Origin: an uncultured bacterium
Lineage (GTDB): Bacteria; Patescibacteriota; Gracilibacteria; UBA1369; PNNO01
DNA: 32,000 bases
Reading direction: 5' to 3'
Assembly: GCA_963704705.1 (NCBI GenBank)
Contig: OY969931.1
Location: forward strand, 1,290,001 to 1,322,000
Numbering within the stretch: the first letter of the stretch is position 1; each line of letters begins with the position of its first letter. Below are positions 8,524-15,872 of the stretch, in pieces. Under the pieces are notes generated by a model that was not told where the DNA came from, ran no database searches, and saw nothing but the letters and a program-made list of their open reading frames with translations. Made by a program: the position numbers and the translations under genes.

Positions 8524-8976
8524 ATGAAATTGAGCAACAAATTTATGGATATTAAATTAAAAAAAGCAACAATCAAGGATTGGAAGCTTGTAAAAAATTT
8601 GGAAGAAAGCGCAGTAAGCAAAATGTTTGCGCCTGAAGAAGATTACAAGAGATTTGTTCTTGAAAGCAAAGTATTCATTATCATGGATAAAGAAAAATCT
8701 ATTGGCACAGTTTCATATAAAAACCAAGACGATGGCAATATTTTGATAAATGGACTTACGATAATATCAGAATATCGTGAGCAAGGAATTGCGAAACAAG
8801 CAATGGGGAAATTGCTAGATATGGTTGGTAACAAAAATTTTGAACTACTTGTTCATCCCGCAAATACACCAGCATTATTAATATATTTAAGTTTTGGCTT
8901 TATAATTTCCGATTGGAAAGATAATTATTTCAATGATGGAGAACCACGCCTTTACCTCCAAAGAAAAATGCAATAG
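8524..8976 (+). CDS. GNAT-family N-acetyltransferase
   Basis: The track ORF 8452..8976 starts with GTG inside repeat R1. ATG at 8524 (MKLSNKF) or 8545 (MDIKLKKATIKDW) is more plausible. The acetyl-CoA motif A is REQGIAKQAMGKLLD and the fold length is typical of GNAT proteins. Confidence 0.75.
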   Translation: MKLSNKFMDIKLKKATIKDWKLVKNLEESAVSKMFAPEEDYKRFVLESKVFIIMDKEKSIGTVSYKNQDDGNILINGLTIISEYREQGIAKQAMGKLLDMVGNKNFELLVHPANTPALLIYLSFGFIISDWKDNYFNDGEPRLYLQRKMQ

Positions 8977-9006
8977 AAACGGCATTCATTCAATAATCTA
9001 ACAATT

Positions 9007-9669
9007 ATGTTAAAAGACGAGAATATCCCAATTCAAGATTGTGGCGAACCATTAGTGGAATTGAAGCCAGACGAATTTGTTCTTCAGCCCATTTATTTTG
9101 AGCAAGGCATTGCTCAATCAGATATTGTAAAGCTTAGAAGAAGTGTTGTTGAAAAACTAAGAAAAGCTCAACACGCCCTTCAGGATATAGAAGGTTGGAA
9201 AATTAAAATTTGGGACGGTTTTCGCTTACAAAAAACTCAACAAAGAATATATGATGATTATTATAAAAAAGTTAAAAAAGAAAATCCAACTTGGTCAGAT
9301 GGTCAAATTAATGCCGAAGTAATAAAATTTGTATCACCAGCAAATACAAATCCAAATGCACCTGCTCCGCATAATACAGGTGGGGCAGTAGATCTTACGC
9401 TTGTCGATAAAAATGGAAATGAAATCGAGATGGGGACAGATTATGATGATTTCACTGAAAAAGCACGTACAAATTACTATGCAACTACAGGAGCAAATCA
9501 TGAACTAGCACAAACCTTTCATCGAAACCGTCTTTTGCTAAAAAATATTTTAGAAGCAACTGGTTTATCAAATGATCCATTGGAATGGTGGCATTTCAGT
9601 TACGGTGATCAAGAATGGGCTGAAAGAACTAACTACCAACATGCAATATATGGAAGTGCTGAAGCATAA
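9007..9669 (+). CDS. ddpX: D-alanyl-D-alanine dipeptidase, VanX/DdpX family (peptidase M15D)
   Basis: 220 aa. The zinc/catalytic motifs are in the VanX order: APHNTGGAVDLTLVD (H-x6-D) and EWWHFSY (E-x2-H). Confidence 0.85.
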   Translation: MLKDENIPIQDCGEPLVELKPDEFVLQPIYFEQGIAQSDIVKLRRSVVEKLRKAQHALQDIEGWKIKIWDGFRLQKTQQRIYDDYYKKVKKENPTWSDGQINAEVIKFVSPANTNPNAPAPHNTGGAVDLTLVDKNGNEIEMGTDYDDFTEKARTNYYATTGANHELAQTFHRNRLLLKNILEATGLSNDPLEWWHFSYGDQEWAERTNYQHAIYGSAEA

Positions 9670-9783
9670 CATCAGCATCGCCGAACAGTAAACTATTCGG
9701 TTAAGCTCTTTTCGGTCACTTCACTTAATTTGCACACCGTTTATTATAAAAAAAGTTATATTTTTGGCTTATACAAGCCAAAA

Positions 9784-10068
9784 TGGAGCCGTCACCTAAG
9801 ACTTGCACTTCGTCGTACTTAATCATCCGACTCACTTCGTTCATCGCATGCTTAAGCAACCCGGGACCCCTTCCTTACCATGTATAGTTGATGTTTATTG
9901 AAGGGCGTTTTTCGCTACAGAATGCCGAAAGTTGATGAGCGAGTTTGGTTGTGTGAGAAGTGCTAGATCAAGCTGCGAAGAAGAAGCGTCAGCGACTGAT
10001 TGAGCAGGTTGAGCGAGTACGACACAGTGTGCTAGAGGGGCACACCCAGTACTGATATAATATAGCAA
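9784..10068. repeat. R2: tRNA-Thr 3'-half-derived direct repeat with an extra 68-nt segment
   Basis: Composition: TGGAGCCGTCA, then CCTAAGACTTG, then a 52-nt insert (9806-9857), then AACCCGGGACCCCTTCCTTACCATG (24 nt identical to the tRNA), then the shared tail. Positions 9967-10034 are absent from R1 and are bracketed by GTGCTAG direct repeats (9960-9966 and 10028-10034). Confidence 0.8.
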
Positions 10069-10086
10069 ATACTAACTAAATTATTA

Positions 10087-10453
10087 TGAAAAAAATATTA
10101 ATACTTTCAATTATTGCTATTTTCACATTTTCCGGTTGCGGGTCAACAACTCAAATAACTCAAACAGAAAATTCTAAATATGAAAATATTATCACAAAAC
10201 ATTTATATGACGCACATTACACACAATAGTACTTAACAAACCAGACTGGTAATGTTGAAAAATATGAACTTGGAGACGACTTAAAAGAACACGGAAAAAC
10301 AGTTAATTGCAAAGCTTTAATATTCAGAGAAGATAATTCCTTCACGATGCTAACTAAAGATCACAATATGCTTACTGGTGGTTTAACCGGCCAATGGGAA
10401 ATAACAGAAGTTATAACTTAAAAATGTCTTTTGATAATGGAGATATCCTTTAA
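10087..10453 (+). pseudogene. Decayed lipoprotein gene (signal-peptide fragment plus out-of-frame or stop-interrupted continuation)
   Basis: The ATG at 10087 gives MKKILILSIIAIFTFSGC (lipobox) and stops at 10234-10236. A different frame continues sensibly as NLYDAHYTQ-TAG(10227)-YLTNQTGNVEKYELGDDLKEHGKTVNCKALIFREDNSF...GQWEITEVIT-TAA(10419). A third frame then reads MSFDNGDIL-TAA(10451), in frame with the 10463 ORF. Confidence 0.4.
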
Positions 10454-10462
10454 TATAAAATT

Positions 10463-10966
10463 GTGTATTTCGATCCTGAAAATTTAGAACTGGAAAAAAT
10501 TATGGATAATAATTCAGAGCCCATTTTAGTATACGAGCAAGACTATTTCTCGTTAACACTGCCTGCCGCATTTTTGGAAGATGGACCTGGCCGCATTAAA
10601 CCAAAAGAAGACGACCTTTTCCCTGACTTAAGATTTGGTGTTTATGATGCAGAAGACAATCTAATCCTTGATCGATTATTTGAAATGGAAAAAGAAGGAT
10701 ATAGCAACCTGGGTACAGAGACTGAGTCATTTCCGCAAATTATTGATCACAGCGAAATTGAAATTGATAATGTACCTGGAATTTTTATAATTACTGAAAA
10801 CGGTAGATCAATGGGTAATTCCACCGAAAAACAATTTGGCTACAGATATATTTTTCTTAATGATGAAATAGTAATTAATTTTACTATTTATGAATACGGG
10901 CAAGAGAGAACTCAGGAATTTGAAGATCAAGTGAACCAAATAATGAGTACTATTAAATTTAAGTAA
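10463..10966 (+). CDS. Hypothetical protein, possibly the surviving C-terminal part of the decayed upstream gene
   Basis: 167-aa ORF with a GTG start in the track; an ATG lies at 10502. It is in the same frame as the fragment ending at the 10451 TAA. Its stop is 2 nt before the tRNA-Thr 3' end. Confidence 0.5.
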   Translation: MYFDPENLELEKIMDNNSEPILVYEQDYFSLTLPAAFLEDGPGRIKPKEDDLFPDLRFGVYDAEDNLILDRLFEMEKEGYSNLGTETESFPQIIDHSEIEIDNVPGIFIITENGRSMGNSTEKQFGYRYIFLNDEIVINFTIYEYGQERTQEFEDQVNQIMSTIKFK

Positions 10967-10968
10967 TC

Positions 10969-11043
<75 letters not shown>

Positions 11044-11208
11044 ACATAAACGCAAACTAACACGCGAATCTATTATATTTAAGTTTGCTCTTTAATCAAA
11101 CAAAAACGCACGCGAAAATTTTATGAAAATTTTAAGATTTCTTAATGTTTGCCCTTTATTATTAGGGTGCTTTTGCGCAAAAGCCCTTAATTCATAATCC
11201 TTAAATAC

Positions 11209-12534
11209 ATGAAAAAATTCTTAATCGGGATTCTTTTATTTTCACTTTTTGTGATTAGATTCCCCTTGGGCATCATTAATGTTGCAAACGCGGCTGCTCC
11301 CGGCAGCATTGTTATCAACGAGGTGGCATGGATGGGAACAACCGCATCCACAACCGATGAATGGATTGAACTCTACAACACAACCGGCACTGATATTGAT
11401 TTAAGCGGTTGGACTATTGTTGATGACGGAACTGAAACCTACACAATCACGAGCGGCACAATTTTGGCTGGCGGCTATTTTTTGATTGAGGATGCTGTTA
11501 TCCCTATTTCTTTAAGCAATACCGGCGACTCTTTAATTTTAAAAGACGACCTTAACCAGACAATTGACACAGTAAACAGCACTGGTGGAATGTGGTTTGC
11601 TGGCGACAACACAAATAAATTTACTATGGAACGAATTGATCCTTTGGCTGACGGCGATGACTCCGCAAACTGGGCTGATAGCCTTGTTGTTGATGGAACT
11701 CCGGGCGCTGTGAATTCAGTATTCAGCGGAGCTCCGGCAGCAACTGAAATTCTAATTCAAGATTTAACTGTGAATCCTGTTGAAGGCGACTCGCTGACAC
11801 TAAATGTCTCAATTGCAAATGCCACTGATGTTTTAAGTTATGGTCTTGACATAATCTACGACCCTTCTGTTTTGGCTTACACAGGCGCAACCGAAGACTC
11901 TTTCTTAAGTGAAAGCGGAAGCGTTCCAACTGCTTTTAATGAAGGGCTTGAAAACGGAATCCAGGGCAAAATCGTAATCGGAAACTCAAGAATCATTGCT
12001 CCCCCAACCGGAGTTAATGGTTCAGGTAATCTTTTCACATTAAACTTTGACGCGATAGCAACAGGTTCAACAACTATCGCATTCGATCCAACAAGTTTTG
12101 TTTCAGGTACTACCGGCGACATCACAGCAACTCTAGATTCAGACACAATCACAATCGACCCTCAGGTAGTTGATCCTGTACAAAATCTCTCAATAAACGA
12201 AGGCACAAACAGATACGAACTAACATTAAACTGGGATGCTCCTGCAACAGGCGCTGACTCATTCAGAATCCTAAGACGCGACCAGGCAGGCACATTCACA
12301 GAAATCGCAAATATCGCATCTACAAGCTATACAGACGCAAACAATTTAATCCCGACTCAAGTCTACGAATATCAGGTTATTGCTGTAAAAGGCTCTCTTG
12401 AATCAAGTCCGTCACAAGGCCAGTCAGCTGACTCCCGAGGTATAAAAGGCGATAACAACAGATCCGACAGAGTGGACGGACGCGACTTAAACAATCTTCG
12501 CACTCCACTACACACAAACACTCGCAGACCCTGA
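11209..12534 (+). CDS. Secreted LTD (lamin-tail) - cohesin-like - FN3 - dockerin-like protein; the reading frame breaks inside the dockerin
   Basis: A signal peptide is followed by GSIVINEVAWMGTTASTTDEWIELYNTTGTDIDLSGWTIVDD...GGYFLIED (LTD). A cohesin-like module reads LTLNVSIANATDVLSYGLDIIYDPSVLAYTG...GSGNLFTLNFDAIATGSTTIAF. An FN3-like module reads PVQNLSINEGTNRYELTLNWDAP...YEYQVIAV. The first dockerin-like Ca-loop is GDNNRSDRVDGRDLNNL. Confidence 0.75.
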   Translation: MKKFLIGILLFSLFVIRFPLGIINVANAAAPGSIVINEVAWMGTTASTTDEWIELYNTTGTDIDLSGWTIVDDGTETYTITSGTILAGGYFLIEDAVIPISLSNTGDSLILKDDLNQTIDTVNSTGGMWFAGDNTNKFTMERIDPLADGDDSANWADSLVVDGTPGAVNSVFSGAPAATEILIQDLTVNPVEGDSLTLNVSIANATDVLSYGLDIIYDPSVLAYTGATEDSFLSESGSVPTAFNEGLENGIQGKIVIGNSRIIAPPTGVNGSGNLFTLNFDAIATGSTTIAFDPTSFVSGTTGDITATLDSDTITIDPQVVDPVQNLSINEGTNRYELTLNWDAPATGADSFRILRRDQAGTFTEIANIASTSYTDANNLIPTQVYEYQVIAVKGSLESSPSQGQSADSRGIKGDNNRSDRVDGRDLNNLRTPLHTNTRRP

Positions 12535-12625
12535 TTTCAACGCCCTAATCGACACAACTTATGACGGAATAATCGATGGCAGCGACCTTATCGACATAGG
12601 CGCAAACTGGGCACCCTCATACTAA
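12491..12625 (+). other. +1-frame continuation of the previous gene encoding the second dockerin repeat
   Basis: The frame with codon starts at 12491, 12494... reads TIFALHYTQTLADPDFNALIDTTYDGIIDGSDLIDIGANWAPSY-TAA (stop 12623-12625). DTTYDGIIDGSDL is a second dockerin-type Ca-binding loop. The frame-1 stop is at 12532. Confidence 0.6.
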
Positions 12626-12682
12626 AAATTAACCTGCGGCGGCATGCGTAAACGACATCCGCGTGCCGCCCTCCCAAAAACC

Positions 12683-13177
12683 ATGAAAAAAACATTATTA
12701 CTAACCCTAATTATCATTATAATCTGTATGACAGGCTTCGGCCTTTTCCTCCACGCTAAATGTGCGGGATTCATAAACATCATTCACGAAGAAACCGAAA
12801 CCCAGCACATCATCTCGGTTGAAGGAAACGCGCTTTTATTCCCGTTTTTCGGTCTCGCGTTCCACTTGCAATACGACCCTGAACAATATGAATTCGACCA
12901 CTATGACCTCGGTGACTTTTTCGGAACTCAAGACAACCCCATGACATTCGTTGAAGACAGCGGAGAATATGCTGAAATCATAGCCGGCTTATCGCTTAAA
13001 CGCGGCCAGATAATCGAAAAATCCGAAGGCACATTCCTAAAACTCTACTTTAACAAAAAAGTTTACGAACCCGATTTTACCGGCTTTGTGATTGAAGATG
13101 GCGTTTTCTCAAGTTATGACAAAGGCCGGAAAGATGTGGACTCAGTTGAATTCGGGTGCACATGTGCAAATTGCTAG
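12683..13177 (+). CDS. Membrane-anchored protein with a cohesin-like domain
   Basis: The track start 12644 lies in a GC-rich hairpin. The ATG at 12683 gives MKKTLLLTLIIIIICMTGFGLFL (N-terminal anchor). GLAFHLQYDPEQYEF...GTFLKLYF parallels GLDIIYDPSVLAY...GNLFTLNF in the upstream protein. Confidence 0.55.
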   Translation: MKKTLLLTLIIIIICMTGFGLFLHAKCAGFINIIHEETETQHIISVEGNALLFPFFGLAFHLQYDPEQYEFDHYDLGDFFGTQDNPMTFVEDSGEYAEIIAGLSLKRGQIIEKSEGTFLKLYFNKKVYEPDFTGFVIEDGVFSSYDKGRKDVDSVEFGCTCANC

Positions 13178-13259
13178 CTTTTTGCTAGCTCTTGCAAATT
13201 CGTTTGATTTTTCGCTCCCCTTCCCATATAATCCCTAGGCACATAAATAATCATTAAAG

Positions 13260-13439
13260 ATGGCACACGGAAAAAGTCAATTTGCAGTATGGAGATGCTC
13301 AGTTTGCAACACTGTTTTGCAGACTACAGCTTATGACAAGCGCAGAAATGACGAAATCACAAAAGAAGTGAAGAAATTCTGTAAAAAATGCAGAAAACAC
13401 AATGTGGCAAAGCGAAAAGACGCTAAAAAAGGTAACTAA
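13260..13439 (+). CDS. rpmG: 50S ribosomal protein L33 (zinc-ribbon form)
   Basis: 59 aa, below the ORF-track cutoff: MAHGKSQFAVWRCSVCNTVLQTTAYDKRRNDEITKEVKKFCKKCRKHNVAKRKDAKKGN. It has CxxC...CxxC and the KKFC..C.KH...K(R/E) tail typical of L33. Confidence 0.85.
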   Translation: MAHGKSQFAVWRCSVCNTVLQTTAYDKRRNDEITKEVKKFCKKCRKHNVAKRKDAKKGN

Positions 13440-13458
13440 ATCTTTAAATATTTTTACT

Positions 13459-15240
13459 ATGAGAATTAAATCTTTCTTAAAGTCGCTATTCGTAGTTGGC
13501 TTGTTGGGTGTATTCACGCTAAGTTTGACTGCTTGTAACAGTAAATTTGAACTTGATCAATCAAAGCTTTCTCCGCAGGGCATAGCTCTTGAGAACTATT
13601 TGCCTGGGGACGCAATGATTGTAATGACAATCAATAAACAGGATCCTGCGCAAAAAGAAAAGCTCGACAAATTAGGCCAGCTTTTCCCTGAAGAAACAGT
13701 TAAAAAATTGTATGAAGACATTGTAAAAAACCTTCAATTGGAACTTGATCAGGTTGAGCTTAATTTTGAAGAAGATATTTTGGGTGCATTCGGCGATAAC
13801 AACAGAATTTTATTTGCAATGAACGGCAATCTTGAAACAACCGACGAAAATAAAAAGCCTACTCCTGAATTCTATGTTGCTTCAACATTTCAGGATTCCG
13901 AAAAAATGCAGACTTTAATTGATAAACTGGCTGAAAATGGCGCTAAAAAAGGCGAACTTTTCGGCGCAACAACCCTTGATGATAAAGACATGTATTTGGC
14001 TATTTATAAAGACACAATTCTAATAACAAATAAAGAAAATCTGCGCCACGAAGCTTTAAAAAGAATGCAAAATAACGAAGAATCTCTTCTTAATAACGAC
14101 CTTTACAAAGAAGCGCAAAAAGGCATTCCGCAAAACAACTTTGGTGATTTTTATATAAATTACGAAAATTATTTTGATTTTGTAAGCCAGCTTCAGGAAG
14201 GAAATTATCCTTTTACATTCCGAAAAGATGTAAAGATGGCTGTTGCAATGGGGCTTTATGCTGAAGATGATGGCGTTAGAATGTTATCAAGTGTTGCAAA
14301 TAAAGGCGGTTTCAATTTAAGGGATTTAACTTTTCATGAACCTTATTTGTATGCGGGAATTCCGGGCAAAAACCTGATTATGTATGCTGAAGTTTATGAT
14401 TTTAAAAAGATTATTGATATGGGTCTGAATATGTATGAATGGGACGAAGATACAAGCAAAGAAATGCGAAAAGCAGAGCTGCTTATTAAAAAAACCATTG
14501 ATCTTGATCTTAAAGAGGATGTTTTGTCATGGATGGATAAAGGCTTTGCAATGGTGCTTCAACGAAATGACAGCATAATTCCTGCGATTTCTTTTTATGT
14601 TGATGCGAGCTCAAATCCTGAAGGCGCAAAAAAAGTTGTTGATCTTTTAGACACAGCAATAAGCCAAATATACGATCAAATGCTTGCCAATCCCGACCCA
14701 GGCATGGACATTGAAAAAATGGTTAAAAAAGAAGTTGTACAGGTTGGAAAAAGCGATATGAACAAATTCAGTTTCGACTTCACTGGCATGAGCGACGCAG
14801 AACTTCTTGCGGCTGGCCTTCCAAGCGGAATCTTTACTGAACCAATTGAGTTCTATTACGGATTAACCAATAACAATTATTTTGTAATTTCTACTTATTC
14901 AGGCTTGGATAAAGAATTTGGAGATGGTTTTGTTTCAGTTGGCAGCAGTCTTAATGTTGAAGAAGGCCGTGAATTAATCAAGGACTATCCATACAACTTG
15001 TCTTATATTTCATTTGAAGAAGCCTTTAAATATGTTGATCAGATCTTCGCTGACATGGAAAAAGTGGAAGGTCCGATGGATGAAAAAACCCGCGAAGCAT
15101 ATGACACAGTAAAGGCGTTTTTGGCCCCATTCAAATACATGATTGCAGCTGACCAAAAAATGCAAAGTGCAACATTCCTCAAAATGGAAGCAGTAGCAAG
15201 CGAAGAAGCTCCGAGCGATGAAGCTCCGGCAGAGTTATAA
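13459..15240 (+). CDS. Large lipoprotein of unknown function
   Basis: The track ORF starts at 13402, inside rpmG. The ATG at 13459 gives MRIKSFLKSLFVVGLLGVFTLSLTAC (lipobox LTAC). 593 aa with an acidic C-terminus. Confidence 0.7.
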   Translation: MRIKSFLKSLFVVGLLGVFTLSLTACNSKFELDQSKLSPQGIALENYLPGDAMIVMTINKQDPAQKEKLDKLGQLFPEETVKKLYEDIVKNLQLELDQVELNFEEDILGAFGDNNRILFAMNGNLETTDENKKPTPEFYVASTFQDSEKMQTLIDKLAENGAKKGELFGATTLDDKDMYLAIYKDTILITNKENLRHEALKRMQNNEESLLNNDLYKEAQKGIPQNNFGDFYINYENYFDFVSQLQEGNYPFTFRKDVKMAVAMGLYAEDDGVRMLSSVANKGGFNLRDLTFHEPYLYAGIPGKNLIMYAEVYDFKKIIDMGLNMYEWDEDTSKEMRKAELLIKKTIDLDLKEDVLSWMDKGFAMVLQRNDSIIPAISFYVDASSNPEGAKKVVDLLDTAISQIYDQMLANPDPGMDIEKMVKKEVVQVGKSDMNKFSFDFTGMSDAELLAAGLPSGIFTEPIEFYYGLTNNNYFVISTYSGLDKEFGDGFVSVGSSLNVEEGRELIKDYPYNLSYISFEEAFKYVDQIFADMEKVEGPMDEKTREAYDTVKAFLAPFKYMIAADQKMQSATFLKMEAVASEEAPSDEAPAEL

Positions 15241-15264
15241 AATTTTCCTCCCGGGAGGAAAATT
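15241..15264. terminator. 24-nt perfect palindrome AATTTTCCTCCCGGGAGGAAAATT directly after the lipoprotein stop
   Basis: Read directly. A GC-rich stem is flanked by A/T runs on both sides, which looks like a bidirectional intrinsic terminator. Confidence 0.5.
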
Positions 15265-15312
15265 AAAATTGATTAAATTGCCTGCCATATAATATACTGA
15301 GCAGGCACATAT

Positions 15313-15387
15313 AGGGCTATAGTGTTAATGGTAGCACGTTGGTCTCCAAAACCAAAAGTTCGGGTTCAAATCCTGATGGCCCTGCCA
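15313..15387 (+). tRNA. tRNA-Trp (anticodon CCA), CCA encoded
   Basis: Folds as AGGGCTA TA GTGT TAATGGTA GCAC G TTGGT CTCCAAA ACCAA AAGT TCGGG TTCAAAT CCTGA TGGCCCT G CCA (75 nt). Confidence 0.9.
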
Positions 15388-15406
15388 GTCCAAAAACTTT
15401 GATTTT

Positions 15407-15447
15407 GCGATTAATGACTTTTTAATGTCTAATCGCCTTTTAATTTT
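15407..15447 (+). terminator. Hairpin GCGATTA...TAATCGC followed by CTTTTAATTTT, downstream of tRNA-Trp
   Basis: 7-bp stem (15407-15413 / 15430-15436) plus an inner GAC/GTC pairing, then a T-rich tract. Confidence 0.4.
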
Positions 15448-15495
15448 ACAATTGCATGATCCTATTGTATTCTTTACAAGAAATTATAAAAATTT

Positions 15496-15861
15496 ATGAA
15501 AATTTTAATTGTTGAGGATGAGAAAATTCTCGCTCAAGCATTAAATATTGAAATTCTGAATCAAGGTTTCGAAGTCTACTCAGCTTATGATGGAGTATCC
15601 GGGCTTAATGCTGTAAAAGAAATAATTCCGGATCTAATAATTTTGGACATTTTAATGCCAAAAATGGATGGTTTTGATTTTATTTCCGAAGTAAGAAAAA
15701 CTAAGGAAATTAAGGAAATCCCTATTTTAGTTCTTTCTAATCTTGGGCAGGATAAAGACGTTCAAAAGGCTCTTGCATTAGGTGCAAATAGCTATTTTAT
15801 AAAAACGTCAGTTGATCTTAGTGAAATTGCCGATACTATAAATCAATTATTAAATAAATAA
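15496..15861 (+). CDS. Stand-alone response regulator receiver (CheY-like) protein
   Basis: 121 aa: MKILIVEDE..., phospho-acceptor context LIILDILMPKMDG, then LSN and FIKT (conserved Ser/Thr and Lys positions). No output domain. Confidence 0.85.
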   Translation: MKILIVEDEKILAQALNIEILNQGFEVYSAYDGVSGLNAVKEIIPDLIILDILMPKMDGFDFISEVRKTKEIKEIPILVLSNLGQDKDVQKALALGANSYFIKTSVDLSEIADTINQLLNK

Positions 15862-15872
15862 ACCAGGTTAGA

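Larger units (their letters stand above)
8276..10968. mobile_element. Putative tRNA-Thr-associated accessory region: two cassettes, each led by a tRNA-Thr 3'-half-derived repeat (no integrase seen)
   Basis: Direct repeats R1 (8276-~8490) and R2 (9784-~10068) and the intact tRNA (10969-11043) all begin with TGGAGCCGTCA in the same orientation. See findings. Confidence 0.35.

Noticed and set aside
8276-10068. R1/R2 as intron-containing or split tRNA-Thr genes
   Set aside because: The 3' acceptor strand and the anticodon stem-loop are present, but I find no TGACGGC-complementary 5' acceptor strand or D-arm within several hundred nt at the expected side. They cannot fold into a complete tRNA.
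8276-10068. R1/R2 as tmRNA (ssrA) genes, because of the tRNA-like CCA end
   Set aside because: There is no 5' sequence able to pair with the acceptor 3' strand. The candidate tag-like reading frames differ between R1 and R2, so there is no conserved resume codon or tag ending.
8276-10068. R1/R2 as T-box leaders or antisense regulators of tRNA-Thr, since the + strand transcript would be complementary to the tRNA
   Set aside because: The downstream genes (GNAT, dipeptidase, lipoprotein remnant) are not aminoacyl-tRNA synthetase or amino-acid genes. The complementarity is a full antisense copy rather than a specifier loop plus a T-box bulge.
11723-12152. Minus-strand ORFs inside the LTD/cohesin gene
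   Set aside because: They are antisense to a frame with clear LTD, cohesin-like and FN3 motifs.
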